Source: Nanobdellota archaeon
Lineage (GTDB): Archaea > Nanobdellota > Nanobdellia > Pacearchaeales > GW2011-AR1
Direction: 5' to 3'
Length of the DNA: 47,971 nt
Assembly (NCBI GenBank): GCA_043810695.1
Contig: JBDRNV010000008.1
Coordinates: forward strand, 1-47,971
Both the position numbers and the translations under genes were made by a program. This document shows positions 19,168 through 27,801 of the stretch, piece by piece (the first letter of the stretch is position 1; every line of letters starts with the position of its first letter). Under the pieces are notes generated by a model. The model saw only the letters and a list, made by a program, of their open reading frames with translations. It was not told the origin of the DNA and made no database searches.

Positions 19168-19371
19168 AAACTTTCAATATAAAACCTGTTTATAAAGATT
19201 TTTTGCCTGCGTGATATATATTGCGTTCGCTCATTCCATCTCGCACATTGCCCTGTTATTAATTAATTTTTTGTCAAGCCAATATGCTCGCGCTCACAAT
19301 TAAGATAATATTGTTAATATCAATTCAACCATAATTAATATAATCAATATTTATACCAATTTTTTTATAAA

Positions 19372-19821
19372 TTAAAAAGTATCTTCATCAAAATTTTTTT
19401 TTGTCAAATCCTCTGGAACTCTATATTCTTCCCATCTAACTCTCTTTTTTTCTATTGTTTCCTTAAGATTTTTTTCCTGGGAAGAGAGCTTTGAATTAGC
19501 ACTTTTAACTTCAACAAAAACAACCTCATCAATTTTCTTTTCATCCATTCCTTTAAACACAATAAAATCAACAGGTTTTCCTAGAAACTTGCATTCTGTC
19601 GGAGAAAATTCAAAATCAGGTAGATAAGGAGCAAGTTGTTCTGAAAATTGTCCGCCTAAAACAGCTCGAGATTTTATGATAGCATCTTTTCTATGCTCTG
19701 GAATTTCTTTTTCCCAAAATTTATCTCTTCTTAAAGCACCAATTTTTATTCCAGCTAGATAAGCTAAAATTAATAGTATAAAAAAAACCAAAGCTAAAAC
19801 TATTGTCAATATTTCAACCAT
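19372..19821 (-). CDS. Endonuclease related to archaeal Holliday junction resolvase (PD-(D/E)xK), with N-terminal TM helix
   Basis: SRAVLGGQFSEQLAPYLP, FLGKPVDFIVF, FVEVKS. Confidence 0.85.
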   Translation of the reverse strand: MVEILTIVLALVFFILLILAYLAGIKIGALRRDKFWEKEIPEHRKDAIIKSRAVLGGQFSEQLAPYLPDFEFSPTECKFLGKPVDFIVFKGMDEKKIDEVVFVEVKSANSKLSSQEKNLKETIEKKRVRWEEYRVPEDLTKKNFDEDTF

Positions 19822-19938
19822 TTTTATATTGTTATTAGTTAAGATAGTTTAAACTTTTTTATATTGTGTTTCACTCTTAATATTATATTTAATATATATC
19901 TAGTTTATTGATGTTTCTGTTATTTTCTAATAAAAATT

Positions 19939-20242
19939 GCCCAAAAAGATAGACTATTCGAAAAGCAGGATTCTCATTAAGAGGATTCCTGTTGCAGTTG
20001 AGGTTAAGCCTGTTATCGTTAGCGTTAAACCTGGCAACTTAAAATAGTCAGTTTATTTCACAAAAATTTTAATTTTTGTGTCTGGAATCTTGCCAGCACA
20101 AAGCAAATATAAAATTTGCACACTGGAGCTTCTCGCAAGTTGCTCCTGAATTTTATAACTTAAAATAAACATTAATATGTCTTAATAAACTGGCATGTAG
20201 TCCATCCATTCTTTTCTTGCTCAGAGAAAAGAACTTTTGGGC
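19939..20242 (-). ncRNA. Putative structured DGR template RNA (~304 nt) containing the TR
   Basis: 5' GCCCAAAA pairs with 3' TTTTGGGC; at least five internal hairpins and two long-range stems; BRE/TATA at the expected distance upstream; no ORF-track ORF. Confidence 0.7.
19955..20039 (-). repeat. DGR template repeat (TR)
   Basis: 85-nt ungapped copy of 20344-20428, rich in AAC/AAT codons (reads VARFNANDNRLNLNCNRNPLNENPAFRI in the VR frame). Confidence 0.95.
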
Positions 20243-20263
20243 GAAAAATATAAGAAAAACTTG

Positions 20264-20278
20264 TTTAAATTTTTTTCG
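20264..20278 (-). promoter_or_regulatory. BRE-TATA promoter of the putative TR RNA
   Basis: CGAAAAAAA-TTTAAA on the - strand; TATA element 22-27 nt upstream of the predicted 5' end at 20242. Confidence 0.6.
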
Positions 20279-20328
20279 TTTTTCATATCAAAGAATTTTT
20301 CAATATATCAGCGAGCTAATCAGTCAGC

Positions 20329-21012
20329 TTAATCAACTTCCAATACCCGAAAAGCAGGATCCTCACTAAGAGGATACCCGAGGCAGCTGAGGACAAGCCC
20401 GCTATCGCAAGCGTCAAACCTGGCAACTCTTTCATTTTTTTGTGATGGCTTTGAATTTAATCTCCAAATACAACTATTAGTTCTATTAATCCATTGAGAA
20501 ACTTCATTTATTTTAGTGGTATCTTTTGTTCCTAAAAGTTGTTCTAAAACATTTGTGTCAGAAAGTGCATCTATAGAACTATCTGGACCAGTAACATTGG
20601 TATCTATTGAATATTCATCTGAAGTTTTATAATTATGTATAATCTTGTCTTCGTTTACTGGATTATAAATTATTCTTGTTAATGTATTCGGATATTTTCT
20701 AAAATCTCGTGCAAAAAACTGCCTTAGTTTTTCAGCTTCTAATGAGTTTTCATTTCTAAGTTCATATGCTCTTGTTGCAATAGCCCAAATTAAAGGTATA
20801 TCTGTTGGATGAGGATTTCCTTTTTGTTTTTCAATTTCATAAAGTTCAGCAAGTTTTTCTTGATTCATTGAAGAAGTCATTTGCTCAAAAAGTCTGTAGG
20901 TCCCTGTTTGTCCTTTGTAAAAAACATCAGGAATAAGGAAACGTTTTTCAGCTTGCCAAGTCAAGATAGGAGATTCGTATATAATTCCTCGTTCTTTTAT
21001 TTCAGTTTCCAT
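20329..21012 (-). CDS. DGR target protein with hypervariable C-terminus (probably C-type-lectin-like fold)
   Basis: VR at the extreme 3' end; C-terminal AFRV resembles the GFR strand of CLec-fold targets; no signal peptide or TM helix. Confidence 0.88.
   Translation of the reverse strand: METEIKERGIIYESPILTWQAEKRFLIPDVFYKGQTGTYRLFEQMTSSMNQEKLAELYEIEKQKGNPHPTDIPLIWAIATRAYELRNENSLEAEKLRQFFARDFRKYPNTLTRIIYNPVNEDKIIHNYKTSDEYSIDTNVTGPDSSIDALSDTNVLEQLLGTKDTTKINEVSQWINRTNSCIWRLNSKPSQKNERVARFDACDSGLVLSCLGYPLSEDPAFRVLEVD
20344..20428 (-). repeat. DGR variable repeat (VR)
   Basis: 16 mismatches to the TR, all at TR adenines (11 A>G, 4 A>T, 1 A>C); 0 of 58 non-A positions differ. Confidence 0.95.
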
Positions 21013-21088
21013 GATTTTTCATGGAATAAAGGGTTTATAAATATTTCTTTTTAGTAATTTTTTAATAGTAACAAATCCATTTTATCAC

Positions 21089-22030
21089 CTACTTTTCTAG
21101 TCCTTTTATAACACCATCAGCATCAACTTCTTTCAATTCATCAACAACAAGTTCAAGGTTATTGAAAAAGGCGTTATTTCTTATATTTCCAGAGAAAAAC
21201 ATCTCTTTTCCTAATATAGATTGTTTTTGTTCTAATAATTTTTCAGGATTTTCAAGTTCTGTAATGCCTAGATTATTAAGTTTTTCGTGAAATAAAACAG
21301 CTCTTATAGTGCCTGTTCCATCATCAAGAACAATAGTTGCAACAGCTCTTTTTTCAGGAATAACTTTTTCATGAGTTTTGCATACAAATACATCTCCTTC
21401 TTTCTCAATTTTTCTGTTGCATTGGGGGCAGACATTAAAAAATCTGGGTTCAAAAAATTGAACAACAAATGCTCTTGTACCAACTGTTTCTCCTTTCTTA
21501 AAATCTGAAATTTTTCTTTCCCGAAAAATCTTTTGAGTTATTACATTCTCTAAATTTTCGTTACTAATTTTTATTTCTGAAAAATTTCCTAAATGAAGCT
21601 CATTGTCTCTCATTGCTGCATTTGATATCTCAATAACACTTCCTTCTTTTATTTCTCCTTTCTCAATTAAAGCAACATGATTTGTATCCCAAAGAACTGT
21701 TTTAATATTTGAAGAATCATCAGCCATAAAAAGATTAACAACTTTTGATTCATCCCCTTTTTTTGTTTTAAATGTTCTTACAGGCGATATGCTAATTACT
21801 TTTCCTATAACATTCACTTTTCTCATACTAGGAAGAAGCTCTCCTATCTTAAGTTTATCATGTTCAAAAGAAATTCCAAGTTCAGCTGCTACAACCTGCG
21901 CAGCTCCCTCTTTACTTATAAGTCCTGAAAGTTTTGTTCTTTTTGCTTCTATTCTGCTATCAATCTCCTCTTTTGTAAGATTTGCAGCCTTTGCTATTTT
22001 TTCAATAATTCGCTCATAATTTCCAATCAT
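21089..22030 (-). CDS. rpa: Replication protein A / OB-fold ssDNA-binding protein with Zn finger
   Basis: LSGLISKEGAAQVVA N-terminus, OB fold (DDSSNIKTVLWD), CPQC...CKTH, LDDGTGTIRAVLF. Confidence 0.85.
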   Translation of the reverse strand: MIGNYERIIEKIAKAANLTKEEIDSRIEAKRTKLSGLISKEGAAQVVAAELGISFEHDKLKIGELLPSMRKVNVIGKVISISPVRTFKTKKGDESKVVNLFMADDSSNIKTVLWDTNHVALIEKGEIKEGSVIEISNAAMRDNELHLGNFSEIKISNENLENVITQKIFRERKISDFKKGETVGTRAFVVQFFEPRFFNVCPQCNRKIEKEGDVFVCKTHEKVIPEKRAVATIVLDDGTGTIRAVLFHEKLNNLGITELENPEKLLEQKQSILGKEMFFSGNIRNNAFFNNLELVVDELKEVDADGVIKGLEK

Positions 22031-22136
22031 CTTTGAAGAAAAAAGCCATTGTTTTTAAGTATTGTGATAAAAAAGAATAACAAATATAAATCTTCACAAA
22101 CCAACATTTTATAAATCTCTTTTTTTAAGAATACTA

Positions 22137-22409
22137 ATGGGAATTGTAGCTGTAAAAATAAAGATAATGCCTGCTTCTGTAGAAACAGACATAAAAAAGA
22201 TAGAAGAAGGAGTCGTAAAAATTCTAAAGGAAAATAAAGTAGAAAATGCCAAGTTTGAGGTACAACCCATTGCTTTCGGATTAAAGGCTCTTATTTTATT
22301 GTTTGGCTGGCCAGAAGAAAAAGAACTTGAAAAATTAGAGGAAGAGTTAAAAAAAATAGAAAATGTGAGTTCTGTGGCAATTATTGATATGAGAAGGGCA
22401 ATAGGATAA
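22137..22409 (+). CDS. ef1b: Translation elongation factor 1-beta
   Basis: KIMPASVETD, PIAFGLKAL, IENVSS. Confidence 0.92.
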   Translation: MGIVAVKIKIMPASVETDIKKIEEGVVKILKENKVENAKFEVQPIAFGLKALILLFGWPEEKELEKLEEELKKIENVSSVAIIDMRRAIG

Positions 22410-22426
22410 TACTAAAAATTAAGAAA

Positions 22427-23056
22427 ATGTTAAATCCAGAACAGACAGAAATCGTGAAGAAACAATTAATTCAGCATATAGAAAAAAGTTTTCCCGAGGA
22501 CAAAAGAGCCTTTGCTATAGAGCAGATAATGAACATGAGTTCTGAAGAACTTGAAGAATTTTTAAGAAAAAATAAATTAGTGCCTTCAAATGAATCTTCT
22601 TTAAAAGAAGGGGGTTGTATTTTTTGTTCAATAATAAAAGGAGAAACTAATTCCTATAAAATAGATGAAGATAAAAAAGCTATTGCAGTATTTGAAATAA
22701 ATCCCTTATCTAAAGGACACACCATTATTGTTCCAAAAGAACATCTTTCATCATCAGAAGAAGTTCCAGCACCTATTTTTGCTTTTGCAAAAAAAATTGC
22801 AAAAAAAATAAAAACAAAATTAAAGCCAAAAAATATAGAGATTTCATCATCAAATATTTTAGGGCATGAAGTAATTAATATAATTCCTATTTATGAAGAA
22901 GAAAAACCAGAGAAGAGACAGCAAGCAAAACCAGAAGAACTTATAGAATTGCAGAAAATCCTTGCAAAAAAAATAAAAACAATTATGGAAAAAAAACCAA
23001 AAAAAATAAAAATTAAGGAAGAAGAAAAAATCTGGCTACCAAAGAGAATTCCATAA
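22427..23056 (+). CDS. HIT-family protein with degenerate histidine triad
   Basis: CIFCSII, INPLSKGHTIIVPKEH; HxHxH replaced by GHEVIN. Confidence 0.75.
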   Translation: MLNPEQTEIVKKQLIQHIEKSFPEDKRAFAIEQIMNMSSEELEEFLRKNKLVPSNESSLKEGGCIFCSIIKGETNSYKIDEDKKAIAVFEINPLSKGHTIIVPKEHLSSSEEVPAPIFAFAKKIAKKIKTKLKPKNIEISSSNILGHEVINIIPIYEEEKPEKRQQAKPEELIELQKILAKKIKTIMEKKPKKIKIKEEEKIWLPKRIP

Positions 23057-23872
23057 ACCTGTTCCCCATATATAAATAAAAATCAGGAAACTAATAAGAA
23101 ATACAGGAGAAAAAGGCAGCCCGTATTTAATCAAAATATTGCTATATTTTTTTCTTAACAAAGTTATTTCTTGTTTTTTTAATCCACTCCAGCTTGCCTT
23201 TATTACTTTTTTTCCTATTTTAACATCATTATAAAGCCAGTCGCCTTCTGTAAGCTGGCTAGTTTTGATTCTTTTTACCATACATGATTCATCAACAGCT
23301 TTTGAGTAAATATAGATATATGGGAGAATAAATATCAAAACTCCAATAATAAGAAATAAATTTTGTATAAAACCAAGAACCATAAAAAGCAATCCAAATA
23401 TAAGAACAAAATATGTTAGCTTTTTATTTCTAGTCAATTGCTTATTAAATTCTTTCTTAAATCTTTTAAAATTCTTCAGACTGAGATAGACACTTGAAAG
23501 AATAGTATAAACAGCTCCTACAAAAAGAAAGACAAGAAGAAAAATTGAAAAAATCTTTAGGTTTGAAAGAAGGCTTCCTGTAAATGGAAGAATTGCTCCA
23601 AGAGCAATCATAAGCTTTGCATCTCCGCCTGCAAAAAATCGTGCATAATAAAGGAGATTTCCCAAAATAAAGAAAATTCCTAAGCCTATAAGCCCTGCAT
23701 AAAAAAATCCAAAGTTCTCTGAAAAAAGAGAATAAAAAAATCTAAAACCCAGAGCAAATATTATAAGAGAAAAATTAAGCCAGTTTGCTATTTCTCTTTT
23801 TCTTAAATCCTGAATAGTTGCAAATATAATCCAGATTAATGCTAAAAAAATAAGGAAAATTATTTCAAACAT
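23036..23872 (-). CDS. A24-family prepilin/class III signal peptidase
   Basis: Catalytic aspartates in QDLRKREI and GGDAKL; C-terminal LTEGDW...GLPFSP; multiple TM helices. Confidence 0.9.
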   Translation of the reverse strand: MFEIIFLIFLALIWIIFATIQDLRKREIANWLNFSLIIFALGFRFFYSLFSENFGFFYAGLIGLGIFFILGNLLYYARFFAGGDAKLMIALGAILPFTGSLLSNLKIFSIFLLVFLFVGAVYTILSSVYLSLKNFKRFKKEFNKQLTRNKKLTYFVLIFGLLFMVLGFIQNLFLIIGVLIFILPYIYIYSKAVDESCMVKRIKTSQLTEGDWLYNDVKIGKKVIKASWSGLKKQEITLLRKKYSNILIKYGLPFSPVFLISFLIFIYIWGTGLWNSLW

Positions 23873-23914
23873 ATAAAAAAATAGAGAACTATATTTATAA
23901 AATGTTTGAGGAAA

Positions 23915-24034
23915 TTATTTCTTCTTTCCAAAATCCATGCTTCTTTGACTTCCGCCTTTCTTATATGGATGTTTTTTCTTTTCTTTAAACTTATTTTTTC
24001 TTTTATTTCTCTTTTGCGGAAAATCGTAATCCAT
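23915..24034 (-). CDS. Possible small basic protein (39 aa; not in ORF track)
   Basis: MDYDFPQKRNKRKNKFKEKKKHPYKKGGSQRSMDFGKKK*; fills the gap in a co-directional operon. Confidence 0.4.
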   Translation of the reverse strand: MDYDFPQKRNKRKNKFKEKKKHPYKKGGSQRSMDFGKKK

Positions 24035-24050
24035 TTTATCGGTTTATTTT

Positions 24051-24494
24051 TTAACTAGAAGCAGAGCAGGTAATAGAAGAGCATTTTTCTATTCCATATT
24101 TGAGATAAGCTGCGTCACTTGAAAGGAAATTACAAGTACTTACAAATTCTTTTCCTCCTGAAGGAAGATCAGATGCTTTTAATGTACGAGCAAAAGTGCA
24201 AAAATCATATGTATTCGCTGTAGCACATGCAGTAGAGCAGGCTGTTTTTATATTTTCAACATTATTCTGAGATATCCAAGGAAGTATTTTTTCCCATCCA
24301 AGTGTAAAACCAATAATAAGAATTACTAAAACAATAATTCCAAGAATTATAAGTATAATCGCATTCGTGCTTAAACCTTGCCCCCTAGAATTTTTCTTTA
24401 AAAAATTATAGCTAGAAAAGTTCCTCTTTTTTTGCCTTTTACTTTCCATGTTAAATACAGGGTTATTTTGTTTAAAAATGTTTTTATTTACCAA
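24051..24494 (-). CDS. Pilin-like protein (class III signal peptide)
   Basis: SRG|QGLSTNAIILIILGIIVLVILI; Cys-rich C-terminus. Confidence 0.8.
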   Translation of the reverse strand: MVNKNIFKQNNPVFNMESKRQKKRNFSSYNFLKKNSRGQGLSTNAIILIILGIIVLVILIIGFTLGWEKILPWISQNNVENIKTACSTACATANTYDFCTFARTLKASDLPSGGKEFVSTCNFLSSDAAYLKYGIEKCSSITCSASS

Positions 24495-24828
24495 GGTTAT
24501 ATCTTACTGAAATCCTGTCCTCTTTAAGAATAAAATATCTTCCAAGCGCATCTGATTCTATTTTAAAAATTTTAGAAATTTCATCCTCACTAAATCCTAA
24601 ATTTTCATAAAAGGATATTTTTTCTTTTATAACAACTGCTTGTTCAATAAGCCCTATAGAATCAAAATTGTTTTTTACAGCCCTGTCTGAAAAATAAAAA
24701 CTAAGTATCGCAATTAGACAAATTGTCAGAACGCCAAATACAAGAATTGTTATTGGAATGTCTCCTTTACGTTGATCAAGCATGAGCAATGTAGACTGAA
24801 CTTGTGAAAGTCTTTTGTTTTTTATCAT
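24484..24828 (-). CDS. Pilin-like protein
   Basis: RKG|DIPITILVFGVL hydrophobic segment. Confidence 0.7.
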   Translation of the reverse strand: MIKNKRLSQVQSTLLMLDQRKGDIPITILVFGVLTICLIAILSFYFSDRAVKNNFDSIGLIEQAVVIKEKISFYENLGFSEDEISKIFKIESDALGRYFILKEDRISVRYNLGK

Positions 24829-24829
24829 T

Positions 24830-25333
24830 TTAAAAATCCTGTCCTTGTAAAATCATTGATATTGATTTATTCTCGTTTAAAGGTATATTATTATATACAG
24901 GTAAACGGCCTGTGATGTATCTTACATCTTCTGCATCTCCATATTCAATATATTTTACAAGATGAGAAAATTCTGTAAGAACTGGTCCGCTTGAAATTAT
25001 AGCAATTCTTATATTAAAATATTCTTTTTTATAAAATTCCTGAAATATTTTTGAAGCTAATTTTATATTAAATTCATTTGGATTTTGCTCATTTTTTAAC
25101 TGCTCGTAAATTATTTTTCCTTCATTATCTTTTGTTAATAAATATGAAAAAAATGATTTTGAGGCAAGAGAATCCGCCTGCTTTGTAAAAAAGAATTTTT
25201 TCCCATCTCCAAAATAAACAGATACTATAAAAACTGAAAAAAATAAAATTACAACTATTATTACAGTTGCGACTATCCAGGTTACTGTCTCCCCTGTCTG
25301 TGCTTTTTTATTTTTTAATATTTTATTGAACAT
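24830..25333 (-). CDS. Pilin-like protein
   Basis: KKA|QTGETVTWIVATVIIVVIL. Confidence 0.78.
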   Translation of the reverse strand: MFNKILKNKKAQTGETVTWIVATVIIVVILFFSVFIVSVYFGDGKKFFFTKQADSLASKSFFSYLLTKDNEGKIIYEQLKNEQNPNEFNIKLASKIFQEFYKKEYFNIRIAIISSGPVLTEFSHLVKYIEYGDAEDVRYITGRLPVYNNIPLNENKSISMILQGQDF

Positions 25334-25889
25334 TTTTTTCTGTTTTTCTTACAATTGATAAAATGTTTATTTTATACTGATTATTGTTTTTATCAAGTGA
25401 ATAAAAAGTCCTTTTAATACAGACAGGAATAGTTTTTCCTTCTAAAATACAAGATTCTTTTAGATTTGGATTACCTAAACGAATAAAAGAAACAAGTTGG
25501 CCTGAATTAAAATTAATAATATTAATGTCAATATAATATTGCCCTTGTTCTCTCCACCCATAAGTGTCTTCTGTTTGAAAATTAAGATTGCATTTCTCTA
25601 AAAAATCCTCTTCAGAATTATAACTTAAAAATTCTTCTTTTATATATCCTGCTTCTGACAAACAACTTGCAACCTTTGTTGTTAGAATATCTGCTTCTGC
25701 TTCCCTAATATCATAAGGTTTTCCATAAAAAGAAATCACCATATAAACAACAACAGCAGCTACTATAAACAATACAGCAAACCAGTATACAGAAATTATT
25801 TTATCTCCTTTTCTCGATTTTGGAAAAATCGAAGGACTAAAAAATTTTAATTTTTTTTCTTTATTCATTTTCATATATAAAAAAGACAT
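25323..25889 (-). CDS. Pilin-like protein
   Basis: RKG|DKIISVYWFAVLFIVA. Confidence 0.72.
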   Translation of the reverse strand: MSFLYMKMNKEKKLKFFSPSIFPKSRKGDKIISVYWFAVLFIVAAVVVYMVISFYGKPYDIREAEADILTTKVASCLSEAGYIKEEFLSYNSEEDFLEKCNLNFQTEDTYGWREQGQYYIDINIINFNSGQLVSFIRLGNPNLKESCILEGKTIPVCIKRTFYSLDKNNNQYKINILSIVRKTEKNVQ

Positions 25890-26265
25890 ATTCTTTATTA
25901 TTGGTAGTATCAGGATAAGAATTTACATCTACATTATTAAAAAAAGAATAACTATAGCCCCCTTTTTCTCTAAGTTTAATTGTAACAACATTTTCCTGAA
26001 TAGAAATAATATTATTAGTGTTTATTCCTTCTTTTGCTGCAGTTTTTATTGCATCTTCCATATTAAGATGTATTACCATACCTGCTTCTGCAGAATCAAT
26101 AGCAAGCGCGATTTGTTTTGAGTATTTTTCTTCAAGAACAGCAGGGCTCCCTGTTTTTGAAAATAAAAAAACAATAAGAATTAGAAGAAAAACAAGATTA
26201 AGAATAATAAAAATAATATTCTCTGTTAAAATATTTGCCTTTTTATTTTTAATAATATTTCTCAT
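25861..26265 (-). CDS. Pilin-like protein
   Basis: KKA|NILTENIIFIILNLVFL. Confidence 0.75.
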   Translation of the reverse strand: MRNIIKNKKANILTENIIFIILNLVFLLILIVFLFSKTGSPAVLEEKYSKQIALAIDSAEAGMVIHLNMEDAIKTAAKEGINTNNIISIQENVVTIKLREKGGYSYSFFNNVDVNSYPDTTNNKEYVFFIYENE

Positions 26266-26266
26266 T

Positions 26267-27007
26267 TTAAGGCTTTGTTATAAATTCTCCTTGTTTAAGC
26301 CTGGATGAAGTTTCAGATGTTGGAATGATATATGTCCTAAGAATCTTATTTTTTTCAATGAGATAATTGTCTATTCCCGTTAAAATTGAATATCTTTGAT
26401 TAGTCATAATTTTGTCCTGATTAATATTTATTGTAAATTGAGATTCTATTACTAAATAATTTACATCATTTACACCATAAAGATAATTTAAATAATTTTG
26501 AGAACCCTCTTTTTGAATTGTTTTTAAGTAATTATAAAATTCAGAATAAGATATTTCTTTTATTTTTTCCTGAACTTTATCATCAAACTCAATTATAGAG
26601 CATAGGGCATAACCAACTGAAGAAGAACCTAAAAGGCCAGCGCCGTAATCTATTTTTCCTTCTCCAAACATCCACCAGCAACTAGCCATTTCATCTGCAA
26701 TAGCTTTCATAATTTCATTCTTATCATTTGGATCCACATCTACTTTTGATGCTGTTTTTGTTATAGAACAATCATTTCCTCCTGAAATACAAATATAACT
26801 TGTTCTGCAATCAAGAGGTCCTGCAACAATCTGAGATTGTCCTTTCAGAACAACAGAATTGTGGCATATTTCTTTATCAGTAGTTCCCCCTAGATTAAGC
26901 TGAAATATTAAAAATAAAATTATTATAAAACTTACTATAAGTATTATTATTGTAACAAGTTGTTTTGTTGTGAGTTCAGCTCTTTTATTTTCTAGCATTT
27001 TATCCAA
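26267..27007 (-). CDS. Pilin-like protein (minor pilin candidate)
   Basis: KRA|ELTTKQLVTIIILIVSF; Cys-containing domain with MASCWWMFGEG. Confidence 0.75.
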   Translation of the reverse strand: MDKMLENKRAELTTKQLVTIIILIVSFIIILFLIFQLNLGGTTDKEICHNSVVLKGQSQIVAGPLDCRTSYICISGGNDCSITKTASKVDVDPNDKNEIMKAIADEMASCWWMFGEGKIDYGAGLLGSSSVGYALCSIIEFDDKVQEKIKEISYSEFYNYLKTIQKEGSQNYLNYLYGVNDVNYLVIESQFTININQDKIMTNQRYSILTGIDNYLIEKNKILRTYIIPTSETSSRLKQGEFITKP

Positions 27008-27104
27008 GCGCTCCTAGTTTTCTAAGCAAAAAATAAATTCCTACAAGAGCCAGTGCAAAAAAAACAATCCATATTAAATATTTTATTAAATCTTCAATGT
27101 CCAT
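27000..27104 (-). CDS. Micro-protein, single TM helix, 34 aa (not in ORF track)
   Basis: MDIEDLIKYLIWIVFFALALVGIYFLLRKLGALG*; in operon context. Confidence 0.65.
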   Translation of the reverse strand: MDIEDLIKYLIWIVFFALALVGIYFLLRKLGALG

Positions 27105-27139
27105 TTTTTTATTATTATAATCTATATTTACCTCTATTT

Positions 27140-27628
27140 TTACTCTTTGAATATTTTTTTATTTGAATAATCTATTACAAGTTTTACCGGAGGATTTTTA
27201 ATAACAATAACATTATCAAAAACAAAATTTCCAGTATTTTCAAGACAGGTTCCATCTGAATCACAACTATCTGGATTATTTTCTTCACATATGCATATGC
27301 AGCTATTCCAGCCTAAATTAGAGCATGATAATGGTTTTCCTGATGCAGTACTTTTCCAAAACAAAAATCCTGTTTCATATGAATTTTGCCAAGAATTAAT
27401 ATACCAACCATCTGGATTATAAATATCAACACTTGTTTTTTTATCATTAATCTGTTGAAATAAAAAATTTAAGGATTCCTTTGCTAAATCCAGTTCTTCT
27501 GCACCCTTGTTTGCCTGATAAAGAGAAAATAAAAGATAAGCAAGAAAACCTATTGCAATTATAGCGAGTATTATTTTCAGGGTTTCTTCTGCAAGCAAAA
27601 ATCCTTTTTTTTGTTTTAGATTTTTCAT
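27140..27628 (-). CDS. Pilin-like protein
   Basis: KKG|FLLAEETLKIILAIIAI; CICIC motif. Confidence 0.78.
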   Translation of the reverse strand: MKNLKQKKGFLLAEETLKIILAIIAIGFLAYLLFSLYQANKGAEELDLAKESLNFLFQQINDKKTSVDIYNPDGWYINSWQNSYETGFLFWKSTASGKPLSCSNLGWNSCICICEENNPDSCDSDGTCLENTGNFVFDNVIVIKNPPVKLVIDYSNKKIFKE

Positions 27629-27789
27629 TTTAAAAAAATCAGGATAATTTTAGCTGTTTCATCTCCTCCAAGATTTTTGAAAAAATCAATTACATAATCT
27701 TTGAAAAAAAAGTAAATTCCAAGAACAACTACAATAAAAACAAGGACACCTATTATTATTTTTATGAGATTTTCTATAGTTAATTCCAT
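27625..27789 (-). CDS. Micro-protein resembling a mature pilin, 54 aa (not in ORF track)
   Basis: MELTIENLIKIIIGVLVFIVVVLGIYFFFKDYVIDFFKNLGG...; ATGA overlap with the next gene. Confidence 0.7.
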   Translation of the reverse strand: MELTIENLIKIIIGVLVFIVVVLGIYFFFKDYVIDFFKNLGGDETAKIILIFLK

Positions 27790-27801
27790 TGTATTTTTAT
27801 T

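Noticed and set aside
20290-20330. Canonical GC-rich DGR hairpin downstream of the VR
   Set aside because: Only a weak imperfect stem (AGCTGA-ctga-TTAGCT) is visible, not enough to call.
19955-20428. TR/VR pair as an ordinary duplication, pseudogene fragment or CRISPR repeat
   Set aside because: Only two copies, no spacers, and all 16 mismatches fall on template adenines, which neutral decay would not produce.
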